A DNA stretch of 64,000 nt from Endomicrobiia bacterium (GTDB taxonomy: Bacteria; Elusimicrobiota; Endomicrobiia; DTEH01). The stretch spans positions 160,001 through 224,000 of the forward strand of contig JBCNUU010000001.1 in the NCBI GenBank assembly GCA_039630545.1. The letters run 5' to 3'. Numbering within the stretch: position 1 is the first letter of the stretch; the number at the start of each line of letters is the position of its first letter. This document shows, piece by piece, positions 52,154-61,638 of the stretch. Both the position numbers and the translations under genes were made by a program. The notes below the pieces were generated by a model, which saw only the letters and a list, made by a program, of their open reading frames with translations, was not told where the DNA came from and searched no databases.

Positions 52154-53809
52154 AAAAATTTCTAAGGATATATTGGTTAGAATCTATAATTTTGTTTTTT
52201 TCTTTTATTATTAAAATTACTGGTATCAATTATGGATTACCTTATTCTTATCATACAGAAGAATATAAGATAGTAAACTATGCTTTAAAATTTGGTACTG
52301 GAGATTTTAATCCACGTTTTTTTGAATATCCATCTTTATATCTGTATTTTATATTCTTTATTTATGGTATTATATTTGTGATTGGTAAGGTTTTAGATTT
52401 TTACAAATCAGTCTCAGATTTTGCATTGTTGTATTTTAGGAACCCTACTATATTTTATCTTTCAGGCAGAATAATATCTTCCATTTTTGGCACTTTGTCT
52501 GTGTTAATATTATATTTTATTGTAAAAAAAATTTACGATAGAAAAACTGCTATAATTTCTATGTTATTATTTTCTGTAGTGCCTTCTGTTGTTGTTTCTT
52601 GTAAAATTGTTAGAATAGAAATGGCGTTAATTTTTACATCATTAGTCTTCTTTTGTTTTTTTTTAAAGACGTTTTATGATAGAGAAGATAAAGATAGTAA
52701 TTGATCACATTGTGCCATCTTGTGGGTATAGGCACTTCATAAAATATATACCTGCAATTTTTTTACCTCTTATATTTTATGTTCATTTTTTAAAAAGGAA
52801 AAAGTTAATTAATAAAACTACAATAATATGTTGTTTACTTTTTATTTTATCTTTTATTTTAGGCACACCTTATTCTGTTTTTGATTTTAGGACATTTATA
52901 CAGGATATAAAAGGCTTGTCAGTAAGTTCTTACGGAAGACAAATATCATATATTAAAAATTTTTTTACAGTGATGTCACATTATCTTTATATAGGGAATG
53001 AAAAAACTTCTTTATTTCCATTTTTAGGTCTTATTGGTTGGGGTGTTTTTGTGATTATGTTGTATGAGTTTATTAAATTTAAACAATATGTAAATTTTTT
53101 ATTACTTTATCCTATATTAGCAAATGCAATATTAGTTATAAGACATTATTTTCCAGGGAAAGGTTTTTTGTTTGTTTCCTTTCCATATTTTATAATTCTA
53201 ACATCTTATGGTTTAAGCAAGATATTAGAAAGAAATAAGTTATTTTTTGTTATTATATTTATGTTGAGTTTTATGCCTTCTTTAGTAGAAAGTATTTTTT
53301 ATAATATTTATTATTCACAGAAAGATACCCGCACATTAGCACTTGAATGGATTGAAAAGAATATTCCTCCAGGAGAAAAAATTCTTATAGATAGGTATCC
53401 AAACTCTCCACCGCTTAAAATGACAAAACAGCAACTTGAGAAACTCTATAAAAAAGCGGTTGAACTTAATCATTACAAAAAAGAGTATTTCTACTGGCAA
53501 TTAAAAGCACATCCGGGTGAAGGATATGGATATGAAGTTTATGAAGTTTACCACCCACCACATGAAATCGGGACTATTAAGCATCAGGTAGAAGAGGCAC
53601 AGAAAGTTAGAGAAATTATTGATGTTTCTTATGGTATAGAATATGTAAAACAACTTGGTATAAAATATATCATTCTTAATAGTTTTTCTGAAACAGAATT
53701 TACAAAAAAATTTTATCAAGAAGTTAAACAAAAATGTTTACTTTTTAAGAAATTCAAACCTAAGACAGAGCTTTATCCAGGTCCTATCATATGGATTTAT
53801 AGGACATAA
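52150..53809 (+). pseudogene. GT-C fold membrane glycosyltransferase, paralog of 45947-47590, disrupted near 52700-52745
   Basis: YGLPYSYHTEEY, FNPRFFEYPS, GTPY, KDTRTLALEWIEKNIP, PGPIIWIYR. The two ORF halves align end to end with the intact paralog. Confidence 0.78.
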
Positions 53810-53965
53810 AATCTTCAAGTTTGTGATTTTTAAGTTTCGCTTTATAAATCCTTAGGTGTTTAATAGTAGATTAAAAAAATACTTCAATATTATTGAAATT
53901 AACTCTATAATTATGTAATAAACAACTTTAAGTTGATTTAATTAAACATCAAAGGAAAAATTTAT

Positions 53966-56422
53966 ATGAGTTGGCAAGAAAATTTTTTAGAAAAGGAATT
54001 ATTCTGGCAAAAGAAGTGGGAAGAAAATAAAATTTTTAAAACAGAAGTTAAGCTAGATAAAAAAAAATTTTATTGTCTTGTTATGTTTCCTTATCCGTCA
54101 GGAAAAATCCACATGGGGCATGTAAGAAATTATGTGATAGGGGATGTTATTGCAAGTTACTGGCGAATGAAGGGGTATAATGTATTTCATCCAATAGGTT
54201 GGGATGCTTTTGGTCTTCCTGCGGAAAACGCTGCTATAAAACATAATGTCCATCCTGAAAAATGGACAAAGAATAATATTCAAAATATGCGAGATCAACT
54301 TAAACGTTTAGGTATAAGTTATAACTGGGATGTTGAAATTACGACTTGTGAACCAAGTTACTATAAATGGAATCAATGGTTTTTTATTAAAATGTTTGAA
54401 AGAGGATTAGTCTATAAGAAAAAAGCATTAGTTAATTGGTGTCCAAAATGTCAAACAGTTCTTGCTAATGAGCAGGCTCAGCAGGGTGTATGCTGGAGAT
54501 GTGATAATATAGTTGAACAAAAAGAGCTTGACCAATGGTTTATAAAAATTACAGAATATGCAGAAAAATTACTGGATGGTCATAAATTTTTAGAAAATAA
54601 CTGGCCTCCAGAAGTTTTAACAATGCAAAAAAATTGGATTGGAAAATCAGAAGGTGCAGAAATAAAATTTGCAGTTAGAGATTCAGATTTTAATGAAATA
54701 GTTGTTTTTACAACAAGAGCTGATACTTTATTTGGTGCGACATTTATAGCTGTAGCACCAGAACATGATTTTTCAAAACTTGTTGCAAAAAATAATTTTA
54801 AAGTTGCTGAATATCTCAACAAAATACTTAAAAAACCTCTTAATGAGAGAAAACTTGCTAAAGAGAAAACTGGTATATTTAGTGGTTTTTACGGTATAAA
54901 TCCAATAAATAATGAAGCTATACCGATATACATTGCTGATTATGTTTTAATGGAGTATGGAACAGGAGCTATAATGTGTGTACCAGCTCATGATCAGAGA
55001 GATTTTGAATTTGCTAAAACACACAATATTACTATTAGAGAAGTAATAAAACCTTTATCAGGTACTACAACATTGCCAGAAGCTGCTTATGAACTGGATG
55101 GTATAATGGTAAATTCTGATAGATTCAGTGGTTTGTCATCATATGAAGGGAGAATAAAAATTATAGAATATCTTGAGTCAAAAAATTTAGGAAGAAAAAA
55201 AATCTACTATAAACTAAAAGATTGGTTAATTTCAAGACAGAGATACTGGGGTACTCCAATACCTATAATATACTGTGAAAAATGTGGGATTTTAACTGTA
55301 AAAGAAGAAGATTTGCCTGTGATGTTACCTCAGAATGTACACATTACAGGTACAGGTGAATCACCTCTTAAGTATATAGAGGAATGGGTAAATACTAAAT
55401 GCCACAAATGTGGTGGCAATGCTAAACGAGAAACTGATACCATGGATACTTTTGTTGATTCTTCGTGGTATTATGCAAGATATTGTGATTCTAAAAATGA
55501 TAAAGAACCTTTTGATGTTAATATTACAAATTACTGGTTACCTGTGGATCAGTACATAGGTGGTATTGAGCATGCATGTATGCATTTAATATATTCGAGA
55601 TTTTGGCATAAATTTATGTATGATTTAGGTTTGGTAAAGACAGAAGAACCATTTTTAAAACTTTTAACCCAAGGAATGGTAACTTTAGGTGGAGTAGCTA
55701 TGTCAAAATCCAGAGGTAATATTGTAGAACCCGATGAGATAATTTCTAAATATGGTGCAGATACAACAAGATTGTTTATTCTTTTTGCAGCTCCACCCCA
55801 GAAACAACTTGAATGGTCTGATAAAGGTGTTGAAGGATGCTGGAGGTTTATTAATCGTGTTGATAGACTTGTTGAAAAATTTTTGGAAGTCAAAAATAAA
55901 AAACAATTAGATACAGAGCAGCAAGAATATGAAAAAGAAAAGAAGTATCTTCTATCAGAATACAATAAACTTTTAAAAGGAATAATTTTAGATATTGAAA
56001 AAGAATATCAGTTTAATACTGCTATTGCAAAAACTATGGAAATAACAAATTTATTGTATTCCTACAAGTATTTTGGCGATGAAGTTTCAGAAAAGGTTTT
56101 AAAAGAATTAGTTGTAATTCTTTCTTTATTTACTCCGCATTTATCTGAGGAGCTTTGGTATAAACTTGGAGAAAAATTTTCAGTAAGAAAGACAAACTTT
56201 CCTGAGTATAATGAAGATTTAATTATTGAAGATAAAATAGAAATTCCTATAGAAATTAATGGTAAATTAAAATCTAAAATTTTAGTTGACAAAGATTTGC
56301 CTGAAGAAGATCTTAAAAGAATTATATTAAAAGACACAAAGATACTACAAGCTTTACAGAATAAAAAAATTTTAAAATGGGTAATCATTAAAAATAAACT
56401 TGTAAATATTGTGCTTGAATAA
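53966..56422 (+). CDS. leuS: Leucine--tRNA ligase
   Basis: [13 protein letters not shown] (HIGH), [35 protein letters not shown] (KMSKS-like). Confidence 0.98.
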   Translation: MSWQENFLEKELFWQKKWEENKIFKTEVKLDKKKFYCLVMFPYPSGKIHMGHVRNYVIGDVIASYWRMKGYNVFHPIGWDAFGLPAENAAIKHNVHPEKWTKNNIQNMRDQLKRLGISYNWDVEITTCEPSYYKWNQWFFIKMFERGLVYKKKALVNWCPKCQTVLANEQAQQGVCWRCDNIVEQKELDQWFIKITEYAEKLLDGHKFLENNWPPEVLTMQKNWIGKSEGAEIKFAVRDSDFNEIVVFTTRADTLFGATFIAVAPEHDFSKLVAKNNFKVAEYLNKILKKPLNERKLAKEKTGIFSGFYGINPINNEAIPIYIADYVLMEYGTGAIMCVPAHDQRDFEFAKTHNITIREVIKPLSGTTTLPEAAYELDGIMVNSDRFSGLSSYEGRIKIIEYLESKNLGRKKIYYKLKDWLISRQRYWGTPIPIIYCEKCGILTVKEEDLPVMLPQNVHITGTGESPLKYIEEWVNTKCHKCGGNAKRETDTMDTFVDSSWYYARYCDSKNDKEPFDVNITNYWLPVDQYIGGIEHACMHLIYSRFWHKFMYDLGLVKTEEPFLKLLTQGMVTLGGVAMSKSRGNIVEPDEIISKYGADTTRLFILFAAPPQKQLEWSDKGVEGCWRFINRVDRLVEKFLEVKNKKQLDTEQQEYEKEKKYLLSEYNKLLKGIILDIEKEYQFNTAIAKTMEITNLLYSYKYFGDEVSEKVLKELVVILSLFTPHLSEELWYKLGEKFSVRKTNFPEYNEDLIIEDKIEIPIEINGKLKSKILVDKDLPEEDLKRIILKDTKILQALQNKKILKWVIIKNKLVNIVLE

Positions 56423-56441
56423 AAAAACTTTAAATTAAAAT

Positions 56442-56942
56442 ATGAAATGTCCTTTTTGTGATGAAAACGATACCTATGTTGTGGATACCAGAACTCTGAA
56501 AGGAGCTTCTGTAATTCGTAGAAGAAGAATTTGCAAAAAATGCCAAAAAAAGTTTACTACATATGAACGTGTAGAAGAACCTTTAGTAAATGTTATTAAG
56601 TCTGACGGGAGAAGAGAACCTTTTGATGCAAACAAGATAAAAGAAGGAATATTAAAAGCAGTAGAAAAACGTCCTGTGACAGTTGAGGAGGTAGAAAAAA
56701 TTGTTGCTGAAGTTCAACAAGAAATCTCAAAAAAGTTTGTTTTAGAAGTTCCAAGTTCTCTTATTGGGAAAATTGTTTTAGAAAAGCTTTTTCCTGTTGA
56801 TCCTGTAGCATATGTGAGGTTTGCATCTGTTTATTACCAGTACGATAGTATAGATAAATTTCTTAAAGAGCTTAAAGAACTTAAAAAGAGATATTTATTA
56901 AAAGATAAAAAAAAGAAAGGTAATAAAAATGCAAAATCATGA
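56442..56942 (+). CDS. nrdR: Transcriptional repressor NrdR
   Basis: MKCPFC, IRRRRIC..C..KFTTYE, ATP-cone, VAYVRFASVY. Confidence 0.97.
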   Translation: MKCPFCDENDTYVVDTRTLKGASVIRRRRICKKCQKKFTTYERVEEPLVNVIKSDGRREPFDANKIKEGILKAVEKRPVTVEEVEKIVAEVQQEISKKFVLEVPSSLIGKIVLEKLFPVDPVAYVRFASVYYQYDSIDKFLKELKELKKRYLLKDKKKKGNKNAKS

Positions 56943-58053
56943 AGTTATAGAAACATTATATGATGAAATAAAATCTTCAGGATATAACTTAGAAGAGGTT
57001 GTTTCTGGTGATGTTGTGCCTCCTGATACGGTGAGAGAAAAAATTAACAAATTAGTCTCTCTGGATCCTAATTTTTATTCTAATCTACTATCAAAACTTT
57101 TATCTGAGGAATTTGATGAGGAAGTAGCTAAAAAATTATGGTTTGAGATTCTTGAGCATAAATACCGCATTTCGGAAAAATTAGGAAGAAATGTGGGAAT
57201 TAGAGTTGCTACATTGGATTATCTTGAAAATATAAAGAAGATTATCAAAGCTCCTAAAATTATAGAAGAAGAAGAATTTATAAAAACTTTAAAATTAGCT
57301 ACAAGAGACCCCCTTACAGGGCTGTACAACAGAAGATATTTATTTGACTATGTTAGACAGTTGATAAGAAAAAAACAAAGATTTTCCTTAGCTTTTTTAG
57401 ATCTGGATGGATTTAAAAGATATAATGATAAAGAAGGACATCAAGCAGGTGATGTGATTCTTCAAGAATTTGCTGCAGTTTTAAAATTAAGTTTTAACGA
57501 TGAAAACAAATATATAGTTGGAAGATATGGTGGTGATGAATTTATTTTATGTATGCTTGATGTAGATAAAAGAACAGCTCAGGATATCCTGGATAAATTT
57601 AGACAGGAAATTCAAAGACAGTTTGCTGAAATAAAAATAACAGTAAGTATAGGTGTATGTGAATACAATCCGGATCTTGAAAAATCAGATGTTAAAGATT
57701 TTGATGAACTTATTGAAAAAGCTGATGAACTTTTGTATAGAGTAAAAGAATTTGGTGGGAACAAGGTGTTTAGATTAAGAACAATATTTTTTTATTATAC
57801 TCCGGAGGGAAATTCTGCTCCTAAAGAGGTGGCGGTGGTGGGTGATTTTAATAACTGGGATAGAAAAAAAGGGCAGATGCAGTTCATATCACAACAAAAC
57901 TTGTGGTGCAAAAAAATGTTACTTAAACCGGGAGTTTATAAGTATAAGTTTCTAATAGATACAAACATATGGTTAGCAGACAAAAATGCTAAATTTTTTG
58001 CTGATGATGGATTTGGTGGTAAATGTTCTGTCATCACAGTAGCTGAGAAATAA
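56929..58053 (+). CDS. Diguanylate cyclase (GGDEF) with C-terminal CBM48/AMPK-beta-like glycogen-binding domain
   Basis: DPLTGLYNRRY, DLDGFKRYND..GHQAGD, GRYGGDEF; C-terminus EVAVVGDFNNWD...W...LKPGVYKYKFLID..W.AD.NA...DDGFGG.CSV. Confidence 0.88.
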   Translation: MQNHEVIETLYDEIKSSGYNLEEVVSGDVVPPDTVREKINKLVSLDPNFYSNLLSKLLSEEFDEEVAKKLWFEILEHKYRISEKLGRNVGIRVATLDYLENIKKIIKAPKIIEEEEFIKTLKLATRDPLTGLYNRRYLFDYVRQLIRKKQRFSLAFLDLDGFKRYNDKEGHQAGDVILQEFAAVLKLSFNDENKYIVGRYGGDEFILCMLDVDKRTAQDILDKFRQEIQRQFAEIKITVSIGVCEYNPDLEKSDVKDFDELIEKADELLYRVKEFGGNKVFRLRTIFFYYTPEGNSAPKEVAVVGDFNNWDRKKGQMQFISQQNLWCKKMLLKPGVYKYKFLIDTNIWLADKNAKFFADDGFGGKCSVITVAEK

Positions 58054-58095
58054 AAATTTCATTAATATTAAATATTAAAAGGGAGGTATAAATTT

Positions 58096-58278
58096 ATGTC
58101 AGAAATTCTTGTGGTAGTAAGTAAAATAAAAAAGATGGTAAAAGAGCAAGGTTTAAGAACAGGTGAAGGTTTTATAGAAGCTCTATCTAAAAAAGTTGAA
58201 GAAATGGTGAAAAATGCTGCCCAGAAAGTGAAATCTGAAGGTAAAAAGAAAACCCTCGGAGCTGAAGATTTAATGTAA
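58096..58278 (+). CDS. Bacterial histone-fold protein (Bd0055/HBb-like singlet)
   Basis: 60 aa, basic. LVVVSKIKKMVK...FIEALSKKVEEMVKNAAQKVKSEGKKKTLGAEDL fits alpha1-L1-alpha2-L2 with a K-T-h-x-x-x-D end motif. Strong RBS GGGAGG at 58081-58086. Confidence 0.82.
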   Translation: MSEILVVVSKIKKMVKEQGLRTGEGFIEALSKKVEEMVKNAAQKVKSEGKKKTLGAEDLM

Positions 58279-58285
58279 GTTTTGT

Positions 58286-58324
58286 TAAAGATTGTAAAGA
58301 TTGTAAAGATGTAAAGTTGTAAAA
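58286..58324. repeat. Short tandem repeat, (TAAAGATTG)-like x4
   Basis: TAAAGATTG TAAAGATTG TAAAGATG TAAAGTTG TAAAA. Confidence 0.75.
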
Positions 58325-58335
58325 ACTATTTATAA

Positions 58336-58929
58336 ATGACAAACAAAATAATTATTGGTATTACAGGACCAAACGCTTCAGGAAAAAGTGAAGTAATAAA
58401 ATATCTTGTAAAAAAAAAATTCTACAGTGCTTCTTTATCAGATATTTTAAGAAAAAAAGCAAAGGAGTATAACTTAGGATCTGACAGAGAGACACTTATT
58501 AAGTTAGGTAATGATTTACGCAAGAAATATGGTTGTGGGATTTTAGCAAAATGGCTCATAAAAGATCTCGATAAGGTTTTTAAAAATAAAATAGTCATAG
58601 ATAGTATAAGAAATGTTTCTGAAATAAAAGAATTTAAAAAGAAATTTAAAGATAATTTCTATCTTATTTATATTACAGCACCCAAGAAAAGAAGATTTAA
58701 ATTTATGCAGTTGCGCAAGCGACAAGGAGATCCTGTTAGTTATAAGGAATTTTTAGAAATAGAAAAAAAAGAAAATTCTAATAAATCTTACCAGCAACAG
58801 ATAAATAAATGTAAGGAATATAGAGATTTTTTTATTAATAATAACTCTACATTAAAAGAGCTTTATAAAAAAGTTGATATAATTATAAAAAAAATAGATG
58901 AGAAAAATTTTGCGACCAAGTTGGGATGA
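58336..58929 (+). CDS. P-loop nucleoside/nucleotide kinase-like protein (dephospho-CoA/NMP kinase-like)
   Basis: IIGITGPNASGKS, SLSDILR, GNDLR, IDSIRN..E, R.R.GD, INNNSTL. Confidence 0.8.
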   Translation: MTNKIIIGITGPNASGKSEVIKYLVKKKFYSASLSDILRKKAKEYNLGSDRETLIKLGNDLRKKYGCGILAKWLIKDLDKVFKNKIVIDSIRNVSEIKEFKKKFKDNFYLIYITAPKKRRFKFMQLRKRQGDPVSYKEFLEIEKKENSNKSYQQQINKCKEYRDFFINNNSTLKELYKKVDIIIKKIDEKNFATKLG

Positions 58930-59380
58930 ATATTTTTTGAAATTAGCCTTCCTTGTAGCTGAAAGATCCACCTGCTTGAGGCATCATGTAGGTGCTGTTA
59001 TTGTTAGGGATAGGAGAATTTTAACTACAGGTTATAATGGTGCGCCTGTTGGATGTCAAGATTGTTTGCAACTTGGTTGTTTAAGAGATGAGTTAGGTGT
59101 TCCTTCAGGAGAAAGACATGAAATTTGTCGTGCTGTTCATGCTGAGCAAAATGCTATTGTTCAAGCAGGAGTTCATGGGATAGACATTACTAATGCAACA
59201 ATGTATTGTACCCATTCACCCTGTGTAATCTGTGCCAAAATGATAGTTAATGCTAAAATAAAACGGTTTGTAACAGCACAAGATTATTCAGATAATAGTT
59301 TTAGAAAATTATTTGACGAGGCAAAAATAGAATTTGTTAAGTTACCTATTCCATTGTTGGAAATTTCTTTGCTGCTTTAA
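58898..59380 (+). CDS. dCMP deaminase (ComEB family)
   Basis: RPSWDEYF, RSTC.R..VGAVIV, TGYNG, HAEQNA, HSPCVICAK. Confidence 0.93.
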   Translation: MRKILRPSWDEYFLKLAFLVAERSTCLRHHVGAVIVRDRRILTTGYNGAPVGCQDCLQLGCLRDELGVPSGERHEICRAVHAEQNAIVQAGVHGIDITNATMYCTHSPCVICAKMIVNAKIKRFVTAQDYSDNSFRKLFDEAKIEFVKLPIPLLEISLLL

Positions 59381-59382
59381 TT

Positions 59383-59895
59383 TTATGCCCATTCTCTTAC
59401 AGGATAGTTATTTTTGTAAACAATTTTTGTTTCGTATATTGGTTCAACAATCTCGTCAGGTTTAAACCATAATTTTATTTCTCTTTCTGCTGATTCTTCA
59501 GAATCAGAACAATGTATAACATTTTCCATAATTCCTTTTTTGTTAATTCGTCCATATGCTCCTCTTATAGTGGTAGGATCGGCTTCAAGAGGGTTAGTAG
59601 CACCAGCTATTTTTCTTACTCTCTCTATAGCATCTACTCCTTCATAAACAAATACTAATATGCGTTCATATTCTGGACCGTATATTTTACCGGAAAAATA
59701 TTCATATAAATCATCAAAGAATGGTTTGTCAACAAGATGTGCATAATGTTTTTCTGCCAGCTCTCTTGTTACTTTTACAACTTTTGCACCAATTATTCTT
59801 AATTTAGCTTCAGAAAGACGTGTTAGTATGTTGCCTGTTAATGATTTTACTAAGGCATCTGGTTTTATTATTATTAAGGTATACTGGTGTTTCAT
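59383..59895 (-). CDS. ndk: Nucleoside diphosphate kinase
   Basis: TLIIIKPDA, AEKHY, GATNP..A.P.TIRG.YG, NVIHCSDS.ESAEREI.LWF. Confidence 0.95.
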   Translation of the reverse strand: MKHQYTLIIIKPDALVKSLTGNILTRLSEAKLRIIGAKVVKVTRELAEKHYAHLVDKPFFDDLYEYFSGKIYGPEYERILVFVYEGVDAIERVRKIAGATNPLEADPTTIRGAYGRINKKGIMENVIHCSDSEESAEREIKLWFKPDEIVEPIYETKIVYKNNYPVREWA

Positions 59896-59913
59896 AGGAG
59901 ATTACATTTACAA

Positions 59914-59940
59914 TTTAAGATTTTTAAGATTTTTAAGATT
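59914..59940. repeat. Perfect tandem repeat (TTTAAGATT)x3 upstream of ndk
   Basis: Copies at 59914-59922, 59923-59931 and 59932-59940. Confidence 0.75.
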
Positions 59941-59988
59941 ATAATTTTAGATAAATTTTATACAACAAAAAATTTTTATTTTCAACTA

Positions 59989-60017
59989 TTGACAGAAAAT
60001 TTTTTTTATTTTATATA
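59989..60017 (+). promoter_or_regulatory. Putative sigma70 promoter of rho
   Basis: TTGACA (59989-59994), 17-bp spacer, TATATA (60012-60017), with an AT-rich upstream element. Confidence 0.6.
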
Positions 60018-60303
60018 AATTAAAAGACAAATGAAACCTACCATGGAGCTAGATAATGAAAATTTCTTGTTCTAACCTTTGCATCAATAAGACAACAATT
60101 TTTATAATTTTTAATCTTTTTATATTGTTAAAAAGTTGAAATAAATTGAATATAACTATTTTAATCTCATTGAAAGTTCCTTTTCGGTATGTGTCTTGCT
60201 TTATTCTTTAAAATTTTACTTTCTTTTAAGAATACCGAAAAAATATCTTTTAAAAATATTTAAAATATTGGAAAATTTATAGCTAAGGAGGTAAAAAAAC
60301 ATT

Positions 60304-61605
60304 ATGACTTTACAACAAGTTACCTTTGATATGTCTTCTCTTGCTAAAATGAAAGTTCAAGAATTAGCAAAACTTGCTAAAGAACTTAAAATAGAAAACA
60401 TAGAAGGTCTAAAAAAACAACAGTTAATATCTAAAATTATAGAAGTGCAGTCACAAACAAACGGTCTTATGTATAATGAAGGTGTGCTTGAGATTCTGCC
60501 TGATGGATTTGGTTTTTTGAGATCGCAAAATTTTAATTACCTTCAAAGCAATGAAGATATATACATTTCTCCTTCGCAAATCAAAAAATTTGGTTTAAGA
60601 AAAGGTGATACTGTCGGAGGTTATGTAAGACCACCTAAAAATGATGAAAAATATTATGCTTTGTTGCAGATAAAAACTGTAAATGGTGAAGATCCAGAGA
60701 AAATCAGAAATAGACCTTTATTTGATAATTTAACACCTTTATATCCTCAAGAACAAATAAAACTTGAAACAGATCGTTATGAAATTTCTACTAGAGTAAT
60801 TGATTTGCTTACTCCATTGGGTAAAGGTCAAAGAGCTTTAATTAACGCAGCACCAAGAACAGGTAAAACCGTTCTTTTGCAAAAAATTGCCAATGCTATA
60901 ACTAAAAATTACCCAAACATAAAACTAATAGCTCTTTTAATAGATGAGCGTCCAGAAGAAGTAACAGATATGATAAGAACTGTAAAGTGTGAAGTGATTT
61001 CTTCCACATTTGATGAACCAGCGGAAAGACATGTACAAGTAGCAGAAATGGTTTTAGAAAAAGCTAAAAGATTAGTGGAACATGGTCACGATGTGGTAAT
61101 ATTATTGGATTCAATTACCAGATTAGCTAGGGCATATAACACAATTACACCTTCAAGTGGTAGGGTGTTATCTGGAGGTTTAGATGCTACTGCTTTACAA
61201 AGACCAAAAAGATTCTTTGGATCCGCAAGAAAGGTTGAGGAAGGTGGTTCTTTAACAATAATTGCGACTGCGTTGGTAGAAACCGGTTCAAGAATGGATG
61301 ATGTTATATTTGAAGAATTTAAAGGTACAGGTAATATGGAAATATACCTGGATAGAAAACTTGCAGATAGACGAGTTTTTCCAGCTATAGATATTACCCG
61401 TTCAGGAACAAGAAAAGAAGAGCTTTTAATAAATGAAAAAGATCTGAAAAAGATATGGATATTAAGGAAAATACTAATGCAGATGTCTCCTATTGAAGCA
61501 ATGGAAAAATTAATAGAAGTATTAAAAAGAACAAAGTCAAATGCTGAATTTTTAAAATCTCTGGGTGATAAAGTTGAGGAGATAGACATAGAATCTTTAC
61601 TTTAA
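60304..61605 (+). CDS. rho: Transcription termination factor Rho
   Basis: [77 protein letters not shown]. Confidence 0.99.
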   Translation: MTLQQVTFDMSSLAKMKVQELAKLAKELKIENIEGLKKQQLISKIIEVQSQTNGLMYNEGVLEILPDGFGFLRSQNFNYLQSNEDIYISPSQIKKFGLRKGDTVGGYVRPPKNDEKYYALLQIKTVNGEDPEKIRNRPLFDNLTPLYPQEQIKLETDRYEISTRVIDLLTPLGKGQRALINAAPRTGKTVLLQKIANAITKNYPNIKLIALLIDERPEEVTDMIRTVKCEVISSTFDEPAERHVQVAEMVLEKAKRLVEHGHDVVILLDSITRLARAYNTITPSSGRVLSGGLDATALQRPKRFFGSARKVEEGGSLTIIATALVETGSRMDDVIFEEFKGTGNMEIYLDRKLADRRVFPAIDITRSGTRKEELLINEKDLKKIWILRKILMQMSPIEAMEKLIEVLKRTKSNAEFLKSLGDKVEEIDIESLL

Positions 61606-61638
61606 TACATCTCTTTATTTATCTTACCGTTATTAGTA

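Noticed and set aside
53810..53965. T-box riboswitch upstream of leuS (also considered for proS)
   Set aside because: The leaders are short and I found no T-box consensus or terminator/antiterminator structure.
58286..58324. Repeats as a possible CRISPR array
   Set aside because: The units are 8-9 bp with no spacers, and there are no cas genes in the window.
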